Below are positions 9,739 to 18,109 of a stretch of 40,790 bases of DNA, piece after piece (the first letter of the stretch is position 1; each line of letters opens with the position of its first letter). The position numbers and the translations under genes were made by a program. Below the pieces are notes generated by a model, which saw nothing but the letters and a program-made list of their open reading frames with translations, made no database searches and was not told where the DNA came from. Source of the stretch: Alphaproteobacteria bacterium (lineage in GTDB: Bacteria; Pseudomonadota; Alphaproteobacteria; Rhodospirillales; UBA2165); assembly GCA_963582805.1 (NCBI GenBank), contig CAUZTZ010000002.1, forward strand, positions 1-40,790, written 5' to 3'.

Positions 9739-11505
9739 TCATTCTCCGGCGATGGCGGCGGCATCGAGCGCGCTCTGGCCCGGAAACCCTTCATCGGCGA
9801 ATTGCAGCGCATAGAGCCGGGCATAGGTGCCGCCTTGGGCCAACAGCTCGTCATGGGTGCCCGATTGTTCCAGCCGGCCATTATTGATGACATGGATCAA
9901 GTCCGCATCGATCACCGTCGACAGGCGGTGCGCGATCACCAGCGTCGTCCGGTCCCGGGTCAGACGCCGGAGCGCCGCCTGAATTTGGCGTTCCGATTCC
10001 GTATCCAGGGACGATGTCGCTTCGTCGAGAAGAAGGATCGGCGCGTCTTTCAGCATGGCCCTTGCGATGGCCAGCCTTTGCCGCTGGCCGCCCGACAATT
10101 TGACGCCGCGCTCGCCCACATATGTATCGTAGCCCGCCGGCAATTCCGTGATGAAGTCGTGCGCGGCGGCGCCCTTGGCGGCGGCGATGATGGAATCTTC
10201 TTCGGCGCCCATGCGGCCATAGGCGATATTGGCGCGGATGGTGTCGTCGAACAGCACAATCTCCTGGCTGACCAGGGCCAGGCTCTTGCGCAGGCTGGCG
10301 ATAGTGCAGGCCCTGATATCGGTGCCATCGACGGAAATGGTGCCTTCATCCACATCGTAAAAGCGCGGGATCAGATTGAGGATGGTGGATTTGCCGGCCC
10401 CCGACGGGCCCACCAGCGCCGTCATCTTGCCCGCCGGCGCGGTCAGGCTGACGCCGTCGAGGGCGGGCTGGCCGGTGACATAGGCAAAGCGGACGCCGTC
10501 CAGGCTCACCTGGCCCTTGGCGGCGTTCAGCGGGCTTGCATCAGCGGCATCGTTGATTACCGGGGCGCGGTCGAGCAGTTCGAACAGGCGTTGAGCGCCG
10601 GCCAGCCCTTCCTGCAGCGCCGCGTTCAGATTGGCCAGCCGCTTCATCGGCTCGTAAGCAAGCAAAAGCGCGGTGATGAAGGAAAAGAAAGAGCCCGGGT
10701 CCATGGACTGATCGATGACCCGGAAGCCGCCATAGAGGACCACCAGAGCAACGGCGAAACCGCCCAAGGTCTCCATGATCGGACTGGCCAGGGAGCGGAT
10801 GCGCGCCGCCTTGAAGACCAGGGCGAAGATACGCTCGGCGATGGCCCGGACGCGGCCCTTCTCGTATTCCTCCATGCCATAGGCCTTGACCACGCGGGCG
10901 CCCTGGAAGGTCTGTTCCAAGAGCGTCGTGAACTGGCCCATTTCTTCCTGGGTGTTGATGGTCACTTTGCGGATACGCTTGCCCAGCCGGACGATGGGCA
11001 GAATGGCGACGGGGAAAATAAAGAACGAGATTGCCGCCAGCAGCCAGTCTTGAAAGAACATGACGCCGACCAAAAAGATCAAGGTCAGAAAATCCTTGCC
11101 GACGCCGGTAAGCACGTTGGAGACGGCGGCGCGCATCATGTTGATATCGACGGTGAAGCGCGAGATCAGGTTGCCTGTGGGACTGTCGTGGAAAAAGCCC
11201 AGCTCCATGCCGGTCAGGTGCGCATAAAGCCGGTGCTGGGTATCGGTGACGATGCGCTGGCCAACGAAGCTCATCAGCACCGACTGGCCGTAATTGGCGA
11301 GCCCCTTGATCAGGAAGGTCACCAGGATGGCGCCGCCGATGGGCCACAGAAGCGCCTTGTTCTTTTCCACGAACACCTTGTTGATGATCGGCTCCATCAG
11401 CCAGGCGCTGGCGCCAGTGGCGGCGGCGACCAGCGCCATGCACAGAACGGCAGCCACGATCCAGCCCACATAGGGGCGGATGCTTTCCCGCGCCAGACGG
11501 CCCAT
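9739..11505 (-). CDS. msbA: Lipid A export ABC transporter, fused permease/ATPase
   Basis: ORF 9739..11685. The likely start is the ATG at 11505 (MGRLARESIRPYVGW...), because the upstream extension runs into the neighbouring gene. It has six N-terminal TM segments, Walker A GPSGAGKST, signature LSGGQRQR and Walker B ILLLDEATS. Confidence 0.85.
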   Translation of the reverse strand: MGRLARESIRPYVGWIVAAVLCMALVAAATGASAWLMEPIINKVFVEKNKALLWPIGGAILVTFLIKGLANYGQSVLMSFVGQRIVTDTQHRLYAHLTGMELGFFHDSPTGNLISRFTVDINMMRAAVSNVLTGVGKDFLTLIFLVGVMFFQDWLLAAISFFIFPVAILPIVRLGKRIRKVTINTQEEMGQFTTLLEQTFQGARVVKAYGMEEYEKGRVRAIAERIFALVFKAARIRSLASPIMETLGGFAVALVVLYGGFRVIDQSMDPGSFFSFITALLLAYEPMKRLANLNAALQEGLAGAQRLFELLDRAPVINDAADASPLNAAKGQVSLDGVRFAYVTGQPALDGVSLTAPAGKMTALVGPSGAGKSTILNLIPRFYDVDEGTISVDGTDIRACTIASLRKSLALVSQEIVLFDDTIRANIAYGRMGAEEDSIIAAAKGAAAHDFITELPAGYDTYVGERGVKLSGGQRQRLAIARAMLKDAPILLLDEATSSLDTESERQIQAALRRLTRDRTTLVIAHRLSTVIDADLIHVINNGRLEQSGTHDELLAQGGTYARLYALQFADEGFPGQSALDAAAIAGE

Positions 11506-11528
11506 AAGGGCGGCGGTGGAGTTATTTT

Positions 11529-11583
11529 GGCTTAACGTAGGGGCCACGGGCCGCTTCAAACCTTTGATATTGCTCGTTAAGCC
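11529..11583. repeat. 9-bp perfect inverted repeat with 37-nt spacer in the msbA leader region
   Basis: GGCTTAACG (11529-11537) and CGTTAAGCC (11575-11583). It lies 24-78 nt upstream of the proposed msbA start on the minus strand. Confidence 0.6.
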
Positions 11584-11626
11584 GGGGACAGTACCACAGC
11601 TCCGGGGCGGGGGCCAATGGCCCGAT

Positions 11627-12577
11627 CTAATATTCGTTGCCGGCCTGCAGCCAGTCCACATAATCGGCGATACCGGCACGCGCATCGTAAGCGGCCTTGA
11701 AGCCGGTTTCCGCCACCAGCCGGGTGATATCCATCACTGCATCCACGCGGCCCCTCGGCCCCCGGCCCGGTTTCAGTTCCGCCTTCGCGTCCGGCAAGCG
11801 GACCTTCAGCGCACCTAAGAAATCGCCGCTGACGGCGGTCAGACCGGCGGACACATTATAGATCCGGTGGTTCAACGACGGCGCCGATTGCAGCATTTGA
11901 ATGGCGGCGGCGCAATCTTTCACATAACAGGCGTCGGTGGGATCATCCACATGGGGGTCCGGGCGGCGCTTGGGCGGCAGCGGGCCAGGGACGCCCGCAA
12001 TGGCCGCGTGCACCAGCCGCGCCGGAAGATTGGACAGGCTGTGATAGAGCGGCCCGTAAACGCCGCCGATGCGCAGAAAGATGATTTCCATGCCGGCCCG
12101 GTCGGCGTAATGGCTGGCCAGAATCTCAAAACTTTTCTTATAGGCTTCGGTCGGATTGCCGGACGCTACCGGCAGCAGCATGTCTTCGGTAAACGGCCCC
12201 TCTTTGAGGCCCGCATAGACCGCCACCGAAGACGCGATGGCGACGCGCTTGACGCCGCCAATGCGCGCCGCTTCCAGTATATTCTTCAAGCCGGTCATGT
12301 TGACGTCGAACTCTTCCGCCGCCGAGAGGGCGGCCAGCGCCGGCACTACCAGATGAATGATGCCGGTGACCTCGTGCTTTTCCACCAGACCGATAGCTGC
12401 CCGTTCATGGCTAAGGTCCAAGGGCTCGGCGAACAGGCGCCGGTCCCATTCGCCGTGCAGAAATGACGGCTGGCGAGTTGTCCGGTAGCGGCTGACCACG
12501 ACGCTTTCGCCGGCATCCAGAAAGGCGCGCGCCGTGTGCAGGCCGATAAAGCCCATGCCGCCGGTGATCAGTTGCAT
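11627..12577 (-). CDS. NAD-dependent epimerase/dehydratase family protein (SDR)
   Basis: 316-aa ORF with the N-terminal Rossmann motif ITGGMGFIGLH and extended-SDR length. Confidence 0.8.
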   Translation of the reverse strand: MQLITGGMGFIGLHTARAFLDAGESVVVSRYRTTRQPSFLHGEWDRRLFAEPLDLSHERAAIGLVEKHEVTGIIHLVVPALAALSAAEEFDVNMTGLKNILEAARIGGVKRVAIASSVAVYAGLKEGPFTEDMLLPVASGNPTEAYKKSFEILASHYADRAGMEIIFLRIGGVYGPLYHSLSNLPARLVHAAIAGVPGPLPPKRRPDPHVDDPTDACYVKDCAAAIQMLQSAPSLNHRIYNVSAGLTAVSGDFLGALKVRLPDAKAELKPGRGPRGRVDAVMDITRLVAETGFKAAYDARAGIADYVDWLQAGNEY

Positions 12578-12589
12578 GGCGGTCCGGTC

Positions 12590-13474
12590 CTAATGTTTAT
12601 CGGTGCAATCGCCGCATTCGATCTGGATGGTCGAATGGGTAATGCCGTAATCATCGGCCAATAGGCGCTTGATGCCGACCAGGGTTTCGCCCGAGCCGCC
12701 ATCCCCGTCGACGCTGGCATGGAGGGTGATCATCGGCCGCTCAGATGTCAGCGACCAGGCATGCACATGGTGGATATCCTGAACCTCGGGCAACGCCGCC
12801 ACCAGCCGGTGTTTCAATTCCTCCACATCCAGCCAGTCGGGCGTCCCTTCCAGCAGGATATGCATGGATTTTCGGATGATCGACCACGAACTTTTGAGGA
12901 TCAGCAACGCCACCAGCAGGGACAAGACCGGATCGGCGATGGTCCATCCAAACAGCAATATGACCAAGGCCGCCGCGATGGTGGCCGCCGAGCCGAGAAT
13001 ATCGCCCATCACATGGGCCGCCGCCGAGGCCAGGTTGAGGTTGTCTTTATCGCCCCCATGGATGATCCAGAATGCCGCCACATTGACGATTAGACCGGCG
13101 GCGGCGACCGCTAACATAGTATCGCCCATGATGGCCACCGGCTCGGCCATGCGGCGCACCGCTTCGAAAACGATCCAGCCGACCACCACCACCAGGGTCA
13201 GCCCGTTGACGAAGGCGGCGACGATTTGCAGCCGGTGATAGCCGTAGGAGCGTTTGTCGTCCGCCGGGCTCCTGGCCATGCGAAAGGCAATCCAGGAAAA
13301 CAACAAGGCAATGGCGTCGGTGAGCATGTGCCCGGCGTCGGCAAGCAGGGCCAGCGAGCCCGAGATCAGCCCGCCCGCCACTTCCACCAGCATGAACGCG
13401 GCGGTGATGATCAGCGCCCAGAACACGCGCCGCTCGTTGCTGATATGATGCCGGTGCCCGTGATCATGCGCCAT
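12590..13474 (-). CDS. Cation diffusion facilitator family divalent-metal efflux transporter (CzcD/ZitB-like)
   Basis: 294-aa ORF with a His-rich N-terminus (MAHDHGHRHH), six TM segments, the TM2 motif LLADAGHMLTDA and a C-terminal cytoplasmic domain. Confidence 0.88.
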   Translation of the reverse strand: MAHDHGHRHHISNERRVFWALIITAAFMLVEVAGGLISGSLALLADAGHMLTDAIALLFSWIAFRMARSPADDKRSYGYHRLQIVAAFVNGLTLVVVVGWIVFEAVRRMAEPVAIMGDTMLAVAAAGLIVNVAAFWIIHGGDKDNLNLASAAAHVMGDILGSAATIAAALVILLFGWTIADPVLSLLVALLILKSSWSIIRKSMHILLEGTPDWLDVEELKHRLVAALPEVQDIHHVHAWSLTSERPMITLHASVDGDGGSGETLVGIKRLLADDYGITHSTIQIECGDCTDKH

Positions 13475-13605
13475 GAAGCAAACCTAGCAAGGTTCGCCAA
13501 CCGATCACAGATAATTTGCAGCAGCGGCGGATGGTGCGGTAATGGGGATGGACAGCAACCCAGCGGACGATAAACTCAAGCGCTGGATATTCGAAAGGAC
13601 GATCC

Positions 13606-14583
13606 ATGATACACACTTCGATCTGCGATTTGCTTGGTATTGCGCATCCGATTGTTCTCGGCGGCATGGGCGGCGGCTATACACAAAGCAATATGGTGGC
13701 CGCCGTCTCCAACGCCGGCGGGCTCGGCACCCTCGGTTGCCATGGCCGGGACGGCGAGCAGATCACCAAGGACGCCGCCGCCATCCGCAGCGCCACCAAC
13801 CAGCCCTTCGCGCTGAATTTCCTGTTGTTTGCCACCGAAGAAGACGCCTTCGCCGCCGCCATTGAGGCCCGCCCGGCGGTGCTCTCTTATGCCTGGCCGA
13901 AGGGTGATCAGGACATTCAGCCCTATATCCGGCGCGCCCACGATGCCGATGCGCGCGTAACCTATATGGCCGGCAGCGTCGCCGAAGCCCGGCGCGGCGC
14001 CGACGCCGGCGCTGATATCATCGTCGCCCAAGGCTCGGAAGGCGGCGGCCATGTGAGCTGGATGGCGAGCCTGGTGCTTATCCCCTTGATCGTCGATGCG
14101 GTGGCGCCCATTCCGGTACTGGCGGCGGGCGGCATCGCCGACGGGCGCGGGCTGGCGGCGGCCCTGGCCCTCGGCGCCGATGGCGTGCTTTTGGGCACCC
14201 GCTTTCTGGCATCGGACGAGGCGCCGCTGCACGACAATTTCAAACAAGCCATCCTCGCCAGCGACGGCCACGATACGGCCCTCAGCGAAATTCCCGACCT
14301 CGCCGCCGGCACCGTCTGGCCGGGCGCCATGTCCAGAAGCGGGCGCAACCGCTTCATCGAACGCTGGTCCGGGCGGGAATGGGAATTGCGCCAAAATCAG
14401 GCCGAAGTTCTGGCCGGCGTTCTGGCGGCGCGCAAGGCTGGCGACATCGACGAGGCACCGCTGTCTTATGGCCAGGATGCCGGCCTGATCGATGCCATAT
14501 TGCCGGCCGGCGATATCGTCCGCCAGATAGCCCGGGAGGCCGAAAAGATATTATCGGAGCGCCTGGCCGGGCTTGTTCAATAA
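13606..14583 (+). CDS. Nitronate monooxygenase (2-nitropropane dioxygenase-like FMN enzyme)
   Basis: 325-aa ORF with AAGGA 8 nt upstream. It carries the motifs PIVLGGMGG and IVAQGSEGGGH. Confidence 0.85.
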   Translation: MIHTSICDLLGIAHPIVLGGMGGGYTQSNMVAAVSNAGGLGTLGCHGRDGEQITKDAAAIRSATNQPFALNFLLFATEEDAFAAAIEARPAVLSYAWPKGDQDIQPYIRRAHDADARVTYMAGSVAEARRGADAGADIIVAQGSEGGGHVSWMASLVLIPLIVDAVAPIPVLAAGGIADGRGLAAALALGADGVLLGTRFLASDEAPLHDNFKQAILASDGHDTALSEIPDLAAGTVWPGAMSRSGRNRFIERWSGREWELRQNQAEVLAGVLAARKAGDIDEAPLSYGQDAGLIDAILPAGDIVRQIAREAEKILSERLAGLVQ

Positions 14584-14595
14584 AGGCGAATACGA

Positions 14596-15369
14596 TTACG
14601 CCAGCAGCGATTGCGCCGCCGCATAAACCAGACGCACCGCCAGTAATGTCAGGATAATCTGCAGCCCGATGCGAAAAGACCGCTCGGGCAGCCGGTTGAG
14701 CACCTGCCGCCCGGCCCAGGTGCCGGCAAAACCAAGCGCCAGGGCGCCCACCAGAAATGGAATATAGGGCCCGAAGGCAAAGCCGATAATGCCGAACGCG
14801 GTCAGCTTGACGATATGCTGCATCGACATCAGCGCCGCATGGGTAGCGACCACTTTTTGTTTGTCGGCGCCAACCGCATTGGCGAACGGCGCGATCAGCG
14901 GCCCCGAGCCGCCGACAAACATGGTAACGAAGCCGCTGACCAGGCCGAGGATGCCGAATTTCACCGGCCCCGGTTTGGAGACCTTGAAGCGCTGCGCCCA
15001 GGTGGCGTAGAGCACAAAGACCGCCAGCGCCATTTGCAGCACGCCCACCGGCAGCGCTACGAACATGTTGGCGCCGATCGCCGAGCCGGCCACCGTGCCG
15101 ACGGCGAAATGGGGCAGCACGCGCAATATCACATGGCGCGTCATCAATGCCGTCCGGCCAACGTTGGAGCCAAGCTGAACAACGCCGTGCAGCGGGATCA
15201 GCGCCAATGGCGGCAGGAACACCGCCATCGTCGCCAGCACCAGAACGCCGCCGCCAAGGCCGAGCGCGGCGGTCACAAAACTACCCAGGAACGCGACCCC
15301 GGTGAGGGTCAGAAAGCCGATCAAGGAAAGATCGGTTCCTTGGATAAAAAATTCGATTACGGCGTCCAA
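14596..15369 (-). CDS. TauE/SafE (TSUP, DUF81) family anion exporter/permease
   Basis: 257-aa, highly hydrophobic ORF with about 8 TM segments and Gly-rich helices typical of the family. Confidence 0.8.
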   Translation of the reverse strand: MDAVIEFFIQGTDLSLIGFLTLTGVAFLGSFVTAALGLGGGVLVLATMAVFLPPLALIPLHGVVQLGSNVGRTALMTRHVILRVLPHFAVGTVAGSAIGANMFVALPVGVLQMALAVFVLYATWAQRFKVSKPGPVKFGILGLVSGFVTMFVGGSGPLIAPFANAVGADKQKVVATHAALMSMQHIVKLTAFGIIGFAFGPYIPFLVGALALGFAGTWAGRQVLNRLPERSFRIGLQIILTLLAVRLVYAAAQSLLA

Positions 15370-15394
15370 TTTTCACCCCTTGCTTAGGCCAGCC

Positions 15395-15427
15395 CATTCG
15401 CGGCATGATCTTCTATCGCCGCGAATG
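15395..15427. promoter_or_regulatory. 10-bp perfect inverted repeat in the divergent tauE-like / dsbA-like intergenic region (operator or leader hairpin candidate)
   Basis: CATTCGCGGC (15395-15404) and GCCGCGAATG (15418-15427) with a 13-nt spacer. It lies 26 nt from the minus-strand start at 15369 and 29 nt from the plus-strand ATG at 15456. Confidence 0.5.
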
Positions 15428-15455
15428 CGGGCACGCAATGCAACAAGGAGAAACA

Positions 15456-16082
15456 ATGATGGCCGAACAGGTCACTTTGGAAGTTTTCAGCGACTACGTT
15501 TGACCGTGGTGTTATCTCAGTACCGGGCGTATTGAAAAGCTGAAACAGAACTACGATGTCGAGATCAAGCTGGTGCATTTTCCGCTGCACCCGGAAACGC
15601 CCGCCGACGGCGTAACCCTGGAAGAACTTTTTGCCGGGCGCGACGTGGACATGGACGGCATGCACAACCGCATGAAGGGCCTGATGGACCAAGAAGGCCT
15701 GCCCTACAACAGGCGCAGCCACACCTATAACAGCCGCCTGGCGCAGGAGCTGGGCATCTGGGCGGACGGCCAGGACGGCGGCGGCGATATTCACGATGCG
15801 CTGTTCAAGGCCTATTTCGTGGATGGCATAAATATTGGCGACGTGGAGGCTCTGGTGGAAATCGCGGCGGCCAATGGCTTGGATGCCGGGGCCGCCCGGG
15901 AGGTTCTTGAAAACCGCACCTTCAAGGAACAAGTGGACGAAAACTGGAACCGCTCGCGCCAATATGGGGTGACCGGCGTGCCCACCTATGTGGCCGGCGG
16001 CCAGAGCGTCGTCGGCGCCCAGCCCTACGAAGTGCTGATCCAGTTGATCGACGCCGCCGAAGCCAAAGCCCAGGCTGAGTAG
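15456..16082 (+). CDS. DsbA/FrnE-like thiol:disulfide oxidoreductase with in-frame TGA (15501-15503) at the first Cys of the CxxC motif: candidate selenoprotein (U-P-W-C), or alternatively a point-mutated pseudogene
   Basis: ATGATG at 15456 has AGGAG at 15445-15449. This frame is continuous with the called ORF 15573..16082 apart from one TGA. Translation is MMAEQVTLEVFSDYV-TGA-PWCYLSTGRIEKLKQNYDVEIKLVHFPLHPE, matching the conserved FxDxxCPWCY N-terminus of FrnE/DsbA-family proteins. Confidence 0.65.
15517..15535 (+). promoter_or_regulatory. Candidate bacterial SECIS hairpin downstream of the in-frame UGA
   Basis: UCAGUAC (15517-15523) pairs with GUAUUGA (15529-15535) as 7 bp including one G-U. 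The apical loop is CGGGC. The stem starts 14 nt after the UGA. Confidence 0.4.
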
Positions 16083-16223
16083 CCGGTCAGCTTTTATATT
16101 TCGCGTCTTCCTCGGTGATGTGGCGCAACCACCAAGTATTCAGGAACGACACCAGCGCGCCCACCGCTGCCGCGCCGCCGGGCCGGGTGCTAGATTGCGC
16201 AAAATTCAGCTATGGAGGCGGCC

Positions 16224-17201
16224 ATGAGCGACACACAGTTAACCATCGCGCTCGAACGATACGACCGGCATGTGCCCATATTCATGGGCTCCGTGGCGCC
16301 GCCGGCCGGCGTGCAATTGCGCCCCCTGGAGGTCGGCATGCAGACGGCGCACCGGGATGGCCGCGACCGGCACCGGCGATTTTTGCAAGGGCGCGAATTT
16401 GATATCGCCGAAACCTCGCTCTCGTCGCACATTATATCGGTCAGCCGGGGCGAGCCGTTTGTCGGCATCCCGGTGTTCCCGCGCCGCCTGTTCAGCCAGA
16501 ACCATATCCTGGTCACCGCTGCGTCGGGCATCGAAAACCCGAAGGACCTGGAAGGCAAGCGCGTCGTCATCAACGCCTTTCAGGTGACCATGACGGTGCT
16601 GGCCTTGGGCGATCTGAAATTCGAATATGAGGTTGATTTGACCAAAGTGCATTGGATCAGCACTTATGACGAGGTGCTTGAAATTGGCGCCCGCGAGGGT
16701 TTTTCGGTGGCCAAGGTGCCGGACGGCACCGATCCCGGCCAATTGTTGCTGTCCGGGGACGCCGACGCCATCATCTTTCCGCATCCGCCGGCCTCGGTGC
16801 TCGGCACCGATCAAATCCGCCCCCTGTTCGCCGACCGGAAAGCCGAAGCGCTGCGCTATTTCGGCAAATTGGGCTATTACCCGATCATGCATTTGATCGC
16901 TTTTCAGGCGCCGGTGATCGAAGCCAATCCAGGCCTGGCCCAGGGCATCGCCCAAATGTGGGACGCCGCCAAAGCCGAGGCCGATCACTTCTACGAAGAC
17001 CCCGGCTACGCCAATCTGGCCTTCGCGCGCAACGAGTTTGAATACCAGCAGGACCGCATGGGCGCGGGCGCGTGGCCGTCCGGCCTTGCCGCCAACCGCG
17101 CCAATCTGGAACGCTTTATTACTTATATGGCGGATCAGGGATTGATCGCGGCAGCCATGCCGGTGGAGGATCTATTCCATCCATCGACGCTGGACAGCTA
17201 G
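16224..17201 (+). CDS. 4,5-dihydroxyphthalate decarboxylase-like / NMT1-THI5-like periplasmic-binding-fold protein
   Basis: ORF 16212..17201. The ATG at 16224 is preceded by GGAGG (16214-16218, 5-nt spacer). It has family-typical motifs (YDRHVPIFMG, LEVGMQ, EFDIAETSLSSHI, PFVGIPVFPRRLF). The family assignment is from memory of annotated homologues. Confidence 0.6.
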   Translation: MSDTQLTIALERYDRHVPIFMGSVAPPAGVQLRPLEVGMQTAHRDGRDRHRRFLQGREFDIAETSLSSHIISVSRGEPFVGIPVFPRRLFSQNHILVTAASGIENPKDLEGKRVVINAFQVTMTVLALGDLKFEYEVDLTKVHWISTYDEVLEIGAREGFSVAKVPDGTDPGQLLLSGDADAIIFPHPPASVLGTDQIRPLFADRKAEALRYFGKLGYYPIMHLIAFQAPVIEANPGLAQGIAQMWDAAKAEADHFYEDPGYANLAFARNEFEYQQDRMGAGAWPSGLAANRANLERFITYMADQGLIAAAMPVEDLFHPSTLDS

Positions 17202-17221
17202 AGCGGAACCGCTCTAATACG

Positions 17222-17437
17222 CTAATATTCTTTGATTTCGGTGATCGCTTCGATCACGTAGCCGCGCCGGTCCGGATAGCGGCGCTGGGCCTTGTCCCGG
17301 GCCTGTTCTACGCTATCGGCTTCGATCTCGATATAGTGGATATCGGCCCATTCGTCGTTCAAATCCCGGTGCCGCCGCTGATCAGCGACGCAGGCGCGCA
17401 CTTCGGCATTGTAGACAGCCACTTCAAACCCCGCCAT
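17222..17437 (-). CDS. Small hypothetical protein (71 aa)
   Basis: ORF 17222..17497. The internal ATG at 17437 is preceded by GGGAGA. Charged, non-repetitive sequence MAGFEVAVYNAEVR...IEAITEIKEY. No motif recognised. Confidence 0.4.
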   Translation of the reverse strand: MAGFEVAVYNAEVRACVADQRRHRDLNDEWADIHYIEIEADSVEQARDKAQRRYPDRRGYVIEAITEIKEY

Positions 17438-17509
17438 GGCCCGCAATCTCCCAGACAATTTCACCGCGATCACTGCCACTCTTTCTAGCCGATACAAAGT
17501 TTACATTAT

Positions 17510-17523
17510 GTGACCAAGGTCAC
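17510..17523. promoter_or_regulatory. Perfect palindrome GTGACC-AA-GGTCAC between the small ORF and ruvX
   Basis: 14-bp dyad at 17510-17523 in a divergent intergenic region. No regulator is assigned. Confidence 0.35.
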
Positions 17524-17582
17524 GCTGCCCAATTCGGGCTTAATGCCCTCGACAACGGCCACGGCCTCGGTTATGGCACGCC

Positions 17583-18047
17583 ATGATCCACGACAGCGTC
17601 CAGGAGCTTAAATCCCAATTGCAGCCGGGCCTCCGCCTGTTGGGGCTGGATGTGGGCTCAAAAACCATTGGCATGGCCATATCCGACGGCGCCCTTGTGG
17701 TCGCCGCCGCCATCGACACCATCCGGCGCACCAAGTTCACAAAAGACGCAGCGGCCCTTGGCGAGATTATGGCTGAGCGCAATGTGGGCGGCGTCGTCAT
17801 CGGCCTGCCGGTTTCTATGGACGGCACCGAGGGCCCCGCCTGCCAGAGCGTCCGCCAGTTCGGCGCCAATTTGGACGAGAAGCTTGATCTCAATATCGCC
17901 TTCTGGGACGAGCGCCTGTCCACCTCGGCGGTGGAGCGCTTGCTGATCGACGAGGCCGACATGTCGCGCAAACGGCGCTCAGAGGTGGTCGATAAAATGG
18001 CGGCAACATATATTTTGCAGGGCGCGCTCGATGTTTTGGGGGGTTAG
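17583..18047 (+). CDS. ruvX: Holliday junction resolvase-like / pre-16S rRNA nuclease (YqgF family)
   Basis: 154-aa ORF with the RNase H-fold N-terminus LLGLDVGSKTIGMAISD and typical size. Confidence 0.88.
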   Translation: MIHDSVQELKSQLQPGLRLLGLDVGSKTIGMAISDGALVVAAAIDTIRRTKFTKDAAALGEIMAERNVGGVVIGLPVSMDGTEGPACQSVRQFGANLDEKLDLNIAFWDERLSTSAVERLLIDEADMSRKRRSEVVDKMAATYILQGALDVLGG

Positions 18048-18109
18048 GTCATTAACTCGCGGGCGGGAAAAGCTGGACTTAGCGCGTAACATTCCTATAG
18101 TGCCGCTTT

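Noticed and set aside
8198-11535. Long plus-strand ORFs 8198..9718 (506 aa) and 9715..11535 (606 aa) antisense to waaA, DUF374 and msbA
   Set aside because: They are antisense shadows of strongly supported minus-strand genes. Their composition is Arg/Gly/Ala/Pro-biased and they have no recognisable domains.
11506-11685. 60-codon N-terminal extension of msbA overlapping the epimerase gene
   Set aside because: The extension has no TM or ABC features and overlaps the 3' end of the upstream gene. The MsbA-like N-terminus begins at MGRLARESIRPY.
13481-13494. Small palindrome AACCT-AGCA-AGGTT immediately upstream of the CDF transporter start, and the possibility of a metal riboswitch or MerR-type operator
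   Set aside because: It has only 5-bp arms. I could see no extended conserved riboswitch-like structure in 13475-13605, and no adjacent regulator. This is too weak to call.
15501-15503. Alternative readings of the in-frame TGA: a frameshifted pseudogene, or UGA=Trp recoding
   Set aside because: Neither alternative is favoured. There is no frameshift, since both sides are in one frame with intact motifs. TGA terminates other genes in the window. The stop falls precisely on the catalytic Cys column. A simple nonsense mutation or sequencing error cannot be excluded from the sequence alone, so the locus is kept as a finding rather than asserted.
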